Positions 9,101 through 18,674 of a stretch of DNA of 64,000 nt are shown piece after piece (position 1 is the first letter of the stretch; each line of letters begins with the position of its first letter). Both the position numbers and the translations under genes were made by a program. The stretch is from Clostridia bacterium (lineage in GTDB: Bacteria; Bacillota; Clostridia; CAKSNL01; HGM11501). The stretch spans positions 81,618-145,617 of the forward strand of contig JAZQAZ010000020.1 in assembly GCA_045545475.1 (NCBI GenBank). Direction: 5' to 3'. The notes below the pieces were generated by a model. It saw nothing but the letters and a program-made list of their open reading frames with translations, did not search any database and was not told the DNA's origin.

Positions 9101-9724
9101 ATGGATTTTGGTGTAATTGTTTTAGGTTTGGTGGTTTTATTAATTTATATCGCTTTATTTGCGTATCTGATTGCTAATTATGTTTTGGAATCTCTTGCTT
9201 TTTATAAGATAGCAAAAGCAAAAGAAATTGAAAACCCCTGGCTTTCATGGATTCCTGTTTGCAACTATTACATAATAGGCCGAATCGCAAACGAATATGA
9301 TAAAGAGAAGGGCTATGACAGAAAGTGGCACAAACCACTTTTGACTTTCGGAATAATTTTTGCAGCTGTTATGTCTGTGGGATATGTTGTATTCATTGCC
9401 GGAACGGTGATTATGAGTATGGACTACGGTTATATGGACTATTCATCAACGCTGGGAGTAAGCCTTTTTGCAATAGGCTATGCAGGAATTTTAGTCGGTG
9501 CTGTTGCGGCGGCGGTAACCAATATACTGCGTGGGATATGTGTATATAAAATATTTGAAGCACTTAATCCTGAAAAGGCTATCAAATATATAATACTTTA
9601 TTTTCTTGTGCCACTTGCAGGTCCGATATGTCTTTTGAAAAACAGCGACAGGGCGTATCCTGAAAAAGTTGAAACACCTATATTTGAATTTACTGAAGAA
9701 TCGGAAAGTCCAGAGGAAAAGTGA
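9101..9724 (+). CDS. Hypothetical multi-pass membrane protein
   Basis: Four to five hydrophobic segments, IAKAKEIENPWLSWIPV motif, GAAAGGTGG RBS, own promoter-like region and terminator. Confidence 0.8.
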   Translation: MDFGVIVLGLVVLLIYIALFAYLIANYVLESLAFYKIAKAKEIENPWLSWIPVCNYYIIGRIANEYDKEKGYDRKWHKPLLTFGIIFAAVMSVGYVVFIAGTVIMSMDYGYMDYSSTLGVSLFAIGYAGILVGAVAAAVTNILRGICVYKIFEALNPEKAIKYIILYFLVPLAGPICLLKNSDRAYPEKVETPIFEFTEESESPEEK

Positions 9725-9734
9725 ATAAAAAGTG

Positions 9735-9768
9735 ACAAGGCATCGAAGCTGTCGCTTCGATGCCTTGT
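9735..9768. terminator. Bidirectional terminator between convergent genes
   Basis: ACAAGGCATCGAAGC-TGTC-GCTTCGATGCCTTGT with A/T-rich flanks. Confidence 0.8.
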
Positions 9769-9787
9769 TTATTTTTTGTGAAGATAT

Positions 9788-10603
9788 TTATTCCGCAAAG
9801 TCAAACAAAAGTTCATCCTTTAGCCATGCGGCGCTTAAATTGGCCCAGCTTGACGCATGAGGCTTTTGGGGTGCAAGCCCCATACCGTGACCGCCTGTGG
9901 GATAGATATGTAATTCAAAGGGAACTTTGTTTTCGGAAAGTGCCTTTGCCATATCAATGCTGTTGGAAACGGGAACCACAGGATCTTCTGCGGTATGCCA
10001 CAAAAATGTGGGCGGGGTTTCAGGATTAACCTGCTTTTCTGCCGATAAAAAGTCCGAAAGTGCCATATATTCGTCACCGGGATAATCGGATAAAAGATTT
10101 TTTCTTGAGCCGATGTGGGTATACTTACTGCTAAATGAAAGCACGCCGTAGCAAAGAATCGCGCCGTTGGGACGGGCGGAAACTTCATCAATTTCATCCT
10201 TTGCCTCAACTTCAAAATCGTAATGGGTGAGTAACGTTGATGCCAGATGACCGCCTGCGGAAAAGCCGAGGATTGCTATCTGGTCTGGATTTACGTTGTA
10301 TTCCTTGGCGTGGTAGCGGACATATCTGATGGCACGAAGGGCATCGTAAAGCATTGCGGGATGGTTGTAGGGGGCAAGGCGGTAGGTTACAACAAAGGCA
10401 TTAAAGCCGTTATTGTTATAAAATTCGGCAATTTTTGAGCCTTCTTTTTCCAGTGATAAATGGTGATATCCTCCGCCGGGGAAAATGATTACGGTGCCAA
10501 GGGGTTTATCTGAATCAATCAAAAACGGCTCCATTGCAGGAATCTGACCAAGTTCTTCTTTATAAAGCGGAATATTTTCCTTTTCCCATAAATTAATCAT
10601 CAT
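9788..10603 (-). CDS. Alpha/beta-hydrolase-fold esterase (BD-FAE/acetylesterase-like)
   Basis: FPGGGY, GFSAGGHL nucleophile elbow, PPTFLWHTAEDPVV, ELHIYPTGGHGMGL. Confidence 0.9.
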   Translation of the reverse strand: MMINLWEKENIPLYKEELGQIPAMEPFLIDSDKPLGTVIIFPGGGYHHLSLEKEGSKIAEFYNNNGFNAFVVTYRLAPYNHPAMLYDALRAIRYVRYHAKEYNVNPDQIAILGFSAGGHLASTLLTHYDFEVEAKDEIDEVSARPNGAILCYGVLSFSSKYTHIGSRKNLLSDYPGDEYMALSDFLSAEKQVNPETPPTFLWHTAEDPVVPVSNSIDMAKALSENKVPFELHIYPTGGHGMGLAPQKPHASSWANLSAAWLKDELLFDFAE

Positions 10604-11841
10604 ACCAAATCCTCCTTTACTGTTCTTCTTATAAGATCGTAAACGTGAAGCATTGCCGAATTTCTCACGCGGTCTCTTGCACCGGGAATGAAAAGCTTAA
10701 AGGCTTTTTCACACTTTTCGGTGGAAATTGCAATCCATACCGTACCTACGGGCTTATCGGGAGTGCCGCCTGTGGGGCCTGCGATACCGCTGGTGGAAAC
10801 GCCGATGTCACTGCCTGCTTTAAGGCGGACACCCTTTGCCATCTGAAGCACGGTCTCTTCCGATACTGCACCGCATTTTTCAAGTGTTTCGGGAGAGACA
10901 CCCAAGGCATTTACCTTGGCGGAATTTGCATAGGTAACGGCACCGTATAAAAACACCTCGGAGGAGCCTGAAAGGTCTGTTATAGCCGAGGCAATCATAC
11001 CGCCGGTACAGCTTTCAGCCGATGCAAAGGTAAGCTTTTTTTCGCGGAGCAAATCAAGAACGCATTGAGGCAGGGAATAGGTGAGCCCTTCGCCGTAAAT
11101 TAAATCGCCGAAAATTTCGTAAATTTCCTTCTTTACGGGAGCGATTAAAGCTTCGGCTTCGTCCTTGGTTTTTGCCCTTGCACTTATTCTTAAGGAAAGT
11201 TCCCCGGGATTTACATAGGGTGCAACGGTGGGATTGCTTGATGATGTCAAGTGAGCGATTTTTTTCTCTGCCTCAGCTTCGCCCATACCGAAAATTCTTA
11301 TAAAGTCCGACTTTACGGTAACGCCGCTCTTTTCCTCGAAGAAAGGAATTAAATATTCCGTAAACATAGGCTTCATTTCGCGGGGAGGACCGGGCATCAT
11401 AACAGCAATTTTGCCGTCCTTTTCAATCAGTACACCCGGGGCGGTGCCGAACTTGTTATATAAAGTAACTGCACCTTCGGGGATAAGTGCCTGTTTTGTG
11501 TTTGAAGGTGTCATTTCCCGTCCGCGGCTTTTGAAATATTCCGTAATCTGAGAAAGTGCCGCTTCATCCATCTTAAGGGGCATATTAAAATATTCTGCCA
11601 CGGTTTCCTTTGTCATATCGTCATATGTGGGACCAAGACCGCCTGTCATAATAACACAGTCGCTTCTTTTAAAAGCAAGGTCAAGGGATTCCTTCAATCT
11701 TTCTGCATTGTCGCCCACAACCGTGTGATAGTGGACATTCAATCCAAGCTCGGAAAGCCTTGCTGTGATAAACTGGGCATTGGTGTTTGCAATTTGCCCC
11801 ATTAAAAGCTCGGTTCCGATTGCGAGTATTTCAGCGTTCAC
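10600..11841 (-). CDS. cinA: Competence/damage-inducible protein CinA (MoCF domain + NMN deamidase PncC domain)
   Basis: EILAIGTELLMG, TGGLGPTYDD, MPGPPREM, SAESCTGG, SGIAGPTGG. Likely GTG start at 11841 behind GAGGA. Confidence 0.95.
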   Translation of the reverse strand: MNAEILAIGTELLMGQIANTNAQFITARLSELGLNVHYHTVVGDNAERLKESLDLAFKRSDCVIMTGGLGPTYDDMTKETVAEYFNMPLKMDEAALSQITEYFKSRGREMTPSNTKQALIPEGAVTLYNKFGTAPGVLIEKDGKIAVMMPGPPREMKPMFTEYLIPFFEEKSGVTVKSDFIRIFGMGEAEAEKKIAHLTSSSNPTVAPYVNPGELSLRISARAKTKDEAEALIAPVKKEIYEIFGDLIYGEGLTYSLPQCVLDLLREKKLTFASAESCTGGMIASAITDLSGSSEVFLYGAVTYANSAKVNALGVSPETLEKCGAVSEETVLQMAKGVRLKAGSDIGVSTSGIAGPTGGTPDKPVGTVWIAISTEKCEKAFKLFIPGARDRVRNSAMLHVYDLIRRTVKEDLV

Positions 11842-11861
11842 GTAAGTCAATCCTCTCAAGA

Positions 11862-13034
11862 TTAATATTTTCTTATGTTTATCGTCTCAATTCCTTCGAT
11901 GGCTTTCTGACAAAGCTCGTCAAAGGGAATGTGGCTTTCGCTCTTTAATATATTTTCAATGTTGGGACGTGTTGTTGGGTGCTTGGGTGTAAACACCGTA
12001 CAGCAATCCTCATAGGGAAGAATGGAGGTTTCGAAGGTGTCGATTTTTCTTGCAATCTGAACAATTTCATCCTTGTCCATACCTATGCAGGGACGGAAAA
12101 CGGGAATATCCGTAACCGAATCTGTAACGCCCAGTGCCCAAACCGTCTGGCTTGCAACCTGGCCGATGGATTCGCCTGTGATAAGACCCTGACACTCTCT
12201 CTTTTTAGCAACCTCGTTTGCTATTTTCATCATCATTCTTCGCATGATTAATGTCATGTGCTCAGAAGGACAGTTATCACGGATGGCAAGCTGTGCTTCG
12301 GTGAAGGGAACAATGTGAAGAGGCATACTTCCTGTATAGTCCGCAATGCGGTCAGCTAAGGTTAAAACCTTTTCCTTTGCCTTTTCGCCTGTATAAGGAT
12401 AGCTGAAGAAGTGTATTCCCTCAACGTAAACGCCGCGCTTTGCAATCATATGTCCTGCGACGGGGCTGTCAATACCGCCTGATAAAAGAAGCATTGCTCT
12501 TCCGTTTGTGCCTGTGGGCATACCGCCTGCAGCCTTTATTCTTCCGGCGTAAACGAAGGCATCGGTATCTCTTATTTCAACACGGACAACAACGTCAGGG
12601 TTTATTACATCAACTGTTAAATGGGGGAAGGCTTCAAGAAGTGCACCGCCCACCATTGCGGAAATTTCAGGAGACTTATAGGGAAAAGATTTGTCCGCAC
12701 GGCGTGACTCAACCTTGAAAGTGTTAACGCCCGTAAGGGCATCGCTCAAATACTCGGGAGCAAAGTTCATAATCTTTTCCATATCCTTTTCGATTATGCC
12801 TGCTCGGGAAAGATTTACAATTCCGAAAACTTTTGAAAGGCGGCCTACCATTTCGTCAATGTCATCTTCCTTTTCGGGAAGAACATAAACCGTTGCCTGC
12901 TGATCGTAAATCTTAAAGTCACCCACGGTTTTCAGGCTACGCTTCATATTACCCTTAAGCATATCCTGAAAACGACGGCGGTTTCCGCCCTTTAATATAA
13001 GTTCGCCTGTCTTGGCAAGTATCATTTCTCTCAT
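11862..13034 (-). CDS. thiI: tRNA 4-thiouridine synthase ThiI
   Basis: THUMP region (TFKVESRRADK), LLLSGGIDSPVA PP-loop, TGESIGQVASQT, PYEDCC. Confidence 0.96.
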   Translation of the reverse strand: MREMILAKTGELILKGGNRRRFQDMLKGNMKRSLKTVGDFKIYDQQATVYVLPEKEDDIDEMVGRLSKVFGIVNLSRAGIIEKDMEKIMNFAPEYLSDALTGVNTFKVESRRADKSFPYKSPEISAMVGGALLEAFPHLTVDVINPDVVVRVEIRDTDAFVYAGRIKAAGGMPTGTNGRAMLLLSGGIDSPVAGHMIAKRGVYVEGIHFFSYPYTGEKAKEKVLTLADRIADYTGSMPLHIVPFTEAQLAIRDNCPSEHMTLIMRRMMMKIANEVAKKRECQGLITGESIGQVASQTVWALGVTDSVTDIPVFRPCIGMDKDEIVQIARKIDTFETSILPYEDCCTVFTPKHPTTRPNIENILKSESHIPFDELCQKAIEGIETINIRKY

Positions 13035-14146
13035 CTTAATATCTCCAGTTTCTTTAGTATAGTTTGATATGTTTCTTCAAGTTCCTCGGCAGTTGTGTGC
13101 TTTGAAAAGCTGAAACGTATTGCGTTATCCGGGAAGGGTACGTTCATGGCGGCCAAAGTGGAACTGCCCTTTGCACCCTTTGCACATGCGGAACCCGAGC
13201 TTACATAAATGCCTTCTTCGGAAAGTGCATTAAGCATTATTTCCGAGCGGATTCCCTTAAAGGATACGTTTAATACATAGGGAACAGAAGAAACGAGGTT
13301 TCCGTTTAAGTATACATCGGGGAGACTTAAAAGTTTTTCTGCAAAGTCTTTTTTTAGCTGTGCCATACGCTCGTAATGCTCACCGGGATTGATTTCCTTT
13401 GCCGCAGCACCAAAGCCTGCAATTCCTATCATATTTTCTGTGCCGGAGCGAATGTTTCCCTCCTGTCCGCCGCCGAAAACGATGGACCTAAGACTTGTAA
13501 CCTTGTCACCTTTATATAATGCACCAACGCCCTTTGGGCCGTGTACCTTGTGACTGCTTACGGTAAGTAAGTCAATGCCCCACTTTGCAGGATAAAGGTC
13601 GATTTTTCCGTAGGACTGCACCGCATCCACATGGAAAAGTGCCCTCGGTGCTTTACGCTTTATCATAGGAGCCAGCTTTTCTATTGGGAGAATAGCTCCC
13701 GTTTCGTTGTTGACGTGCATAACGCTGACAAGTGATGTCTTGTCGTTAACGGCATCTAATATTTTTTCAGCTTTCACGCTTCCGTCTTCTTCGGGAGATA
13801 CGAAGAGCACTTCAAAGCCAAGGGTTTCAAGATGCATAAATGCATTTTTCACAGCATCGTGCTCAATCGCCGTAGTTACAATTCTTTTTCCCGCCTTTAT
13901 GTTTGCACCGCCTAAGATGGCAAGATTATCGCTTTCGGTTCCTCCTGAGGTGAAAATTATATTTTTCGCATTGGTGTGAAGTGATGAGGCAACAGATGCC
14001 CTTGCTTCATTAAGTATACGCTCAGACGAAAGCCCCAAAGTATAGCGGGAGGAGGGGTTTCCAAATTCCTCTTCCATCATACGGATGGAAGCTTTTACGG
14101 CTGATTCCGTCGGCTTTGTCGTAGCACTGTTATCAAGATAAATCAA
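13031..14146 (-). CDS. iscS: Cysteine desulfurase (IscS/NifS family), partner of ThiI
   Basis: IYLDNSATT, FTSGGTESDN, MHVNNETG, HVDAVQ, SSHKVHGPKG, SSGSAC. Likely TTG start at 14146 behind GAAAGGA. Confidence 0.92.
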   Translation of the reverse strand: MIYLDNSATTKPTESAVKASIRMMEEEFGNPSSRYTLGLSSERILNEARASVASSLHTNAKNIIFTSGGTESDNLAILGGANIKAGKRIVTTAIEHDAVKNAFMHLETLGFEVLFVSPEEDGSVKAEKILDAVNDKTSLVSVMHVNNETGAILPIEKLAPMIKRKAPRALFHVDAVQSYGKIDLYPAKWGIDLLTVSSHKVHGPKGVGALYKGDKVTSLRSIVFGGGQEGNIRSGTENMIGIAGFGAAAKEINPGEHYERMAQLKKDFAEKLLSLPDVYLNGNLVSSVPYVLNVSFKGIRSEIMLNALSEEGIYVSSGSACAKGAKGSSTLAAMNVPFPDNAIRFSFSKHTTAEELEETYQTILKKLEILR

Positions 14147-14287
14147 AGGAAACATCCTTTCTTTTTGCATTACCTTATATTATAACATCAGAAATGAAGA
14201 ATTTCAATAAATATATTAAGTTAATTTTATCTTTACAAAAATAACTTTGTATGATAAAATTAAAAATACGTTAAAGGAGGAATAAAT

Positions 14288-15523
14288 ATGAAAAAAATTT
14301 TGGCTCTTGCTATGGCTCTTGCAATTGTTGCAACACTTGTGGGCTGCGGCGGAACGGTAACTTTCAATACAGAAGACTGGGCAGATATGAACATCCGTGT
14401 TGCAGGTTACAGAAACTTCAACGACGATCCGCTTAACTACGAATTTGCAGAAGGAGCAAAGAAATTTGCAGAGGAATACGGTACAACTGTGGAATTCCTT
14501 GTCGGCGGTAAGGACGGTATGGGAGATGACCTTGTTGCAGGTATCGTTGCAGGTGACCCCTGGGAAATTCAGTATTGCTTCGGTATTTCTGTTTTCCCCA
14601 CAACCTTTGCTGAAGAGCTCTATACACCCATCACAGATTATATCGATTATGAAAACAACGATATGATTGACAAGATTATGGTTGAAGGCTCTGCTTGGCG
14701 CGGTGAATATTACGGCGTAAGCTCCCTTCCTATGCAGGAAATCTGGTACATTGCATACAACGAAACCTGGATGAAGGAGCTTGGTATTAAGACTCCTCAC
14801 GAGTATCTTGCAGAAGATAATTGGACAATGGATGCTTATAAAGAAATAAACGAAAAGGCATTTGCTCTCGGTGCAAAGTCTGCGAGTGCAACCACAAGAC
14901 CTCATGTGAGCGGTAAATATCTTGCATCCTGGGATGAGGAGACAGGCACAGTTACATCTACATATGACAGCCCTGAAAATGTGGCATGGCTTTCCTTCTG
15001 GGAAGACCTTCTTGCTGATGGCAGATATTGCGTCACAGGAAGCGGACTTGCATCTGCAAGAAGTGTAATTATGCGTGACGAAGTTATGCCCAATCTTATA
15101 AAGGGAGAACTTGCTCAGGAAACAACAGATACCATAAGATACATCCATTTCCCAAACGAGGACGGAGGATACGGTTCTTACCTTACAGACTCTTACTTCC
15201 TTTTCCCGATGGGAGTATCTGAAGAAAAGCTTCCCTGTGCATTTATGCTTGCCTGCTATATGACGGATATGAAGTCCAAGATTGTAACGGAAGAAGTTTA
15301 TAAGGCCAATATGACAGAGGAAGACTTTGCTATATGGGAAAAGAACCTTGAAAACGTATATTATCTTCCCAGATATTTCTTCCCTGAATCAGATATGGGT
15401 GCTATTCGTTCTCAGTTCAGAAAGGATATATCCGGAGGTAAGTCTGTTGCAACTCACATTGCGGAAAATGCTGAAATGCTCCGCACAAAGGCAGAGGACT
15501 TTAACGCAAAGTACAGCGAATAA
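14288..15523 (+). CDS. Extracellular solute-binding lipoprotein (carbohydrate ABC-type, family 1-like)
   Basis: AAGGAGG RBS, signal peptide with LVGC lipobox, YYGV..IAYNETWMKELGIKTPHE...NWTMD pattern of sugar-binding proteins. Confidence 0.8.
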   Translation: MKKILALAMALAIVATLVGCGGTVTFNTEDWADMNIRVAGYRNFNDDPLNYEFAEGAKKFAEEYGTTVEFLVGGKDGMGDDLVAGIVAGDPWEIQYCFGISVFPTTFAEELYTPITDYIDYENNDMIDKIMVEGSAWRGEYYGVSSLPMQEIWYIAYNETWMKELGIKTPHEYLAEDNWTMDAYKEINEKAFALGAKSASATTRPHVSGKYLASWDEETGTVTSTYDSPENVAWLSFWEDLLADGRYCVTGSGLASARSVIMRDEVMPNLIKGELAQETTDTIRYIHFPNEDGGYGSYLTDSYFLFPMGVSEEKLPCAFMLACYMTDMKSKIVTEEVYKANMTEEDFAIWEKNLENVYYLPRYFFPESDMGAIRSQFRKDISGGKSVATHIAENAEMLRTKAEDFNAKYSE

Positions 15524-15533
15524 TAAAATTTAT

Positions 15534-15561
15534 AAAAGCCGCCCGTCGGGTGGCTTTTTTT
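15534..15561 (+). terminator. Intrinsic terminator after the solute-binding protein gene
   Basis: AAAAGCCGCCC-GTC-GGGTGGCTTTTTTT. Confidence 0.85.
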
Positions 15562-15619
15562 CTTGCAAAAATTCTTTTTCCGTGCTATACTTGATAAAAA
15601 CAGGGAAAGGATTGATTTT

Positions 15620-16429
15620 ATGATATACGAAAAGATAGCACTTTCAGAAAGTGATGAAAACATATATTTGGAGGTTTACGCTCCCGAAAAGCTTCAGGGC
15701 TTTGTCCGTGATGCGATTTTGGTAATTCCCGGAGGCGGGTATGCCTGCGTCTGCTATGACAGAGAGGGAGAGCCCATTGCTCTTGACTTTGTGGCAAAGG
15801 GACTTTGTGCATTTGTTCTTCATTATTCGGTTGGGGAAAATGCAAAATTCCCCCGTCCGTTAATCGAAGCATCAAAGGCAATGAAATACATAAAGGAACA
15901 CGCTGACCTTTACGGACTTAACCCCGATAGAGTTTTTGCAACCGGCTTTTCTGCAGGAGGTCACCTTTGTGCTTCTCTTGGCACACTCTGGCATATGAAC
16001 GAAATCTATGAGGAAATTGATATGCCCTATGGCTTTAATAAGCCCACAGGTATCATCCCCGTATACCCCGTAATTTCAGCCCTCGTGCCAACACACAAGG
16101 GCTCATTCCAGAACCTTACGGGAAGTTTAGAGCCTACGGAAGCAGAGCTTGCCGAGTACTCACTTGAAACAAGGGTTGACGAAAGGTCCGTTCCTGCATT
16201 TATTGTGCATACATCAACGGATCAGGCGGTGCCTGTATATAATGCCCTCGCCTTTGCAAAGGCGTATGCCGATGCGAAAATGCCTTTTGAGCTTCACATT
16301 TTCAAGGAAGCACCTCACGGAATGGCACTTGCAACAAAAATTACCGAGGTTGGAAACCCCGGCTGGGTAAATGAATCTGCGGCAGAGTGGACGCACCTTG
16401 CGTATCTTTGGATGAAGGGAATAAAGTAA
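15620..16429 (+). CDS. Alpha/beta-hydrolase-fold esterase (BD-FAE/acetylesterase-like)
   Basis: IPGGGY, REGEPIA, GFSAGGHL, HTSTDQAV, ELHIFKEAPHGMAL. Start ATG 15620 behind GAAAGGA. Confidence 0.9.
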   Translation: MIYEKIALSESDENIYLEVYAPEKLQGFVRDAILVIPGGGYACVCYDREGEPIALDFVAKGLCAFVLHYSVGENAKFPRPLIEASKAMKYIKEHADLYGLNPDRVFATGFSAGGHLCASLGTLWHMNEIYEEIDMPYGFNKPTGIIPVYPVISALVPTHKGSFQNLTGSLEPTEAELAEYSLETRVDERSVPAFIVHTSTDQAVPVYNALAFAKAYADAKMPFELHIFKEAPHGMALATKITEVGNPGWVNESAAEWTHLAYLWMKGIK

Positions 16430-16432
16430 GAT

Positions 16433-16458
16433 AAAGCCTCCCCATGGGGAGGCTTTTT
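16433..16458 (+). terminator. Intrinsic terminator
   Basis: AAAGCCTCCCC-AT-GGGGAGGCTTTTT. Confidence 0.8.
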
Positions 16459-16471
16459 GTGTGGGAAAAAT

Positions 16472-16564
16472 AGATTCTTCGCCCTTCGGACTCAGAAAGA
16501 CAGAGCGGGGAATGTTAAACTGATACATCTGTCATTCTGAGTGAACGTAGTGAGCGAAGAATCT
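16472..16564. repeat. Pair of TGTCATTCTGAG...GAAGAATCT palindromic repeats
   Basis: AGATTCTTCGCCCTTCGGACTCAGAAAGACA (16472-16502) and TGTCATTCTGAGTGAACGTAGTGAGCGAAGAATCT (16530-16564), between convergent genes. Confidence 0.85.
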
Positions 16565-16578
16565 CTGCCGACACTTTT

Positions 16579-17508
16579 TTATTTTATCGTTTCAATTTCA
16601 ACACCATTATAGTAATGTTTTAATATTTCATCATAGGTTTTTCCTTCTTTAGCAAGGATGTTTGCACCGTGTTGACTCATACCTACGCCATGGCCGTAGC
16701 CCTTTACAGAGAAGGTTACAAGCTCTTCATCGGCAGAAATGGTGAAGGCGGAAGAACGCAGGGAAAAAAGGCTTCTTATTTCGCTTCCCTTAAAGCTGTG
16801 AGCACCTATTGTTATAGATTTTACATATCCGGCATCGGTAAGTTCTGCTTTTCCTATGTCGGAAGGGGAATTTACGGATGCTCCCATAGAATTCAACTTG
16901 CTTTTAAATTCGGTAAAGCTTATGGTTAAAGTCGATTCAAAACGGTCAACCTCCTCTTCGCCAAAGCTTTCTGCGGATTTTAAGTAGGGGACGGAACTGC
17001 CCCATACATTTTCGGCATCTTCGGTTTTTCCTGCACTCATGGAGTGAAAAACGGCCAGAACGGGTTCATCTTTATACGTCATTATTTCGCCTCTTGTTTC
17101 GTCGACAGCTTTTTTTACTTTGGCAAGACTTACGTCATCTCCTTCGTATAAGTCCGGGAAAATATAGGCTTGACAGCAGGAGGCAGCCATGCAAATATCT
17201 GCATTTTCGTGGGTGGGGGAGCTAAGCTTCTTTTGGGTGTAAGTTCTTGCCGCAACGCTTTGTGCTTTTAAGGCTTCGTCTTGGAATGATGCGGGCATTT
17301 CCGCAAGGACAACGCCCAGCAGATACTCTTCCATGGGAAGGGTAAATACGCTTCCGTCGTATACGTTAAGGACTGAAACGCTTGGCTCTTCGTATATTAT
17401 TTCTTCCGTCAGAGCAACTGGTTCCGGCTTTTTCGGTAACCCTGACAGGCATGGCGTAAAGACCATGACGGAAAAAATGATGGATGCACATATAAGTTCG
17501 GTTTTCAT
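16579..17508 (-). CDS. spoIID: Stage II sporulation protein D
   Basis: MEEYLLGVVLAEMPASFQDEALKAQSVAARTY, CQAY, FHSMSAGKTE..VWG..PYL, GYGHGVGMSQHGA, ILKHYY. Start ATG 17508 behind AAAGGA. Confidence 0.93.
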   Translation of the reverse strand: MKTELICASIIFSVMVFTPCLSGLPKKPEPVALTEEIIYEEPSVSVLNVYDGSVFTLPMEEYLLGVVLAEMPASFQDEALKAQSVAARTYTQKKLSSPTHENADICMAASCCQAYIFPDLYEGDDVSLAKVKKAVDETRGEIMTYKDEPVLAVFHSMSAGKTEDAENVWGSSVPYLKSAESFGEEEVDRFESTLTISFTEFKSKLNSMGASVNSPSDIGKAELTDAGYVKSITIGAHSFKGSEIRSLFSLRSSAFTISADEELVTFSVKGYGHGVGMSQHGANILAKEGKTYDEILKHYYNGVEIETIK

Positions 17509-17521
17509 AATAAATCCTTTC

Positions 17522-17558
17522 ATTATGCTTTGTTATAATAATATGAAAAACTTGTCCC
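17522..17558 (-). promoter_or_regulatory. Possible sigma-E promoter with an adjacent SpoIIID-like site for spoIID
   Basis: Minus strand reads GGGACAAG-TTTT-TCATATT-12nt-CATAAT, resembling sigma-E -35/-10 elements and a GGACAAG SpoIIID box. The -10 sits unusually close to the RBS. Confidence 0.3.
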
Positions 17559-17576
17559 GAAAATTACTATTAATAC

Positions 17577-17605
17577 TTTACAAATTTGTATTTTTGTGGT
17601 AAACT
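17577..17605 (+). promoter_or_regulatory. Sigma-A promoter of trpS
   Basis: TTTACA - 17 nt - TAAACT with extended TG. Confidence 0.55.
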
Positions 17606-17667
17606 ATGAGAGTATGCAGATTAAAATGAGAAAGTATGCGAACTTTTATACATAAAGGAGGCTCATT

Positions 17668-18663
17668 ATGAGCGAAGAAAGAAAACAAAGAGTATTTTCA
17701 GGCATTCAGCCATCAGGTGCGCTGGGCCTTGGCGGATATATCGGTGCGGTTAAAAACTGGCTTAAAATGCAGGAGGAATATGATTGCTGTTTTTGCGTTG
17801 TGGACGAGCATTGCATAACGGTAAGGCAGGATCCTAAGGAACTTCGTGCAAGAAGTATGGAGTTTCTGGCACTTTACATTGCCTGCGGACTTGATCCGGA
17901 AAAAAGCCTTATTTATTTTCAGAGTCATGTGCCTCAGCATGCACAGCTTGCATGGGTGCTTAATTGCTATACCTACATGGGTGAGCTTTCCAGAATGACA
18001 CAGTTTAAGGATAAATCGGCTAAGCACGCTGACAATATAAACGCAGGTCTTTTCACATATCCCGTTTTGATGGCGGCAGACATTTTATTGTATCAGACAG
18101 ACAAGGTGCCGGTAGGAATTGACCAGAAGCAGCATTTAGAGCTTGCACAGACAATTGCGGCAAGATTCAATGGAGTATACGGAGAGACATTTAAGGTTCC
18201 CGAGGCTGTTATTGCCAAGGTTGGAGCAAAGGTAATGAGTTTAGCTGATCCCACAAGCAAAATGAGTAAATCCGATCCCAAGGGAAACATAGGAATTCTT
18301 GATGCTCCTGAAGTCATTATGAAAAAGTTCAAGAGTGCAGTTACGGATTCGGATGCTAAAATTGAATATAAAGAAGGCAAGGACGGAATCAATAACCTTC
18401 TTTCAATTTACTCCATTGCAACCGGAGAAAGCATTGAAGATGCAGTTAACCGTTTTTCAAATACCGGATACGGTGAGTTTAAGGTAAAGACAGCTGAAGC
18501 TGTAATTGAAATGCTTCGTCCCGTAAGAGAAAAATACGAAGACATTTCAAAAAATAAAGATTATATCGAAAGCGTTTATAAAAACGGTGCGGAAATTGCC
18601 GGAAGAGTGGCAAGTAGAACTCTTGACAAAGTTTATAAAAAGATTGGCTTTGTTGCAAGATAG
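17668..18663 (+). CDS. trpS: Tryptophanyl-tRNA synthetase
   Basis: VFSGIQPSG, RMTQFKDK, GLFTYPVLMAADILLY, VPVGIDQKQHLE, KMSKS. Confidence 0.97.
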   Translation: MSEERKQRVFSGIQPSGALGLGGYIGAVKNWLKMQEEYDCCFCVVDEHCITVRQDPKELRARSMEFLALYIACGLDPEKSLIYFQSHVPQHAQLAWVLNCYTYMGELSRMTQFKDKSAKHADNINAGLFTYPVLMAADILLYQTDKVPVGIDQKQHLELAQTIAARFNGVYGETFKVPEAVIAKVGAKVMSLADPTSKMSKSDPKGNIGILDAPEVIMKKFKSAVTDSDAKIEYKEGKDGINNLLSIYSIATGESIEDAVNRFSNTGYGEFKVKTAEAVIEMLRPVREKYEDISKNKDYIESVYKNGAEIAGRVASRTLDKVYKKIGFVAR

Positions 18664-18674
18664 GAGGTATCGCT

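Noticed and set aside
14216-15148. 310-aa minus-strand ORF
   Set aside because: It lies almost wholly antisense to the solute-binding lipoprotein gene, has an odd Cys/His-rich composition and no motifs: a shadow ORF. The same applies to 29921-30538, 40840-41424 and the many short antisense ORFs.
17606-17655. Short ORFs (MRVCRLK, MRKYANFYT) as a trpS attenuator peptide, or GAG triplets as a TRAP site
   Set aside because: No Trp codons, no RBS, no terminator, and too few regularly spaced triplets.
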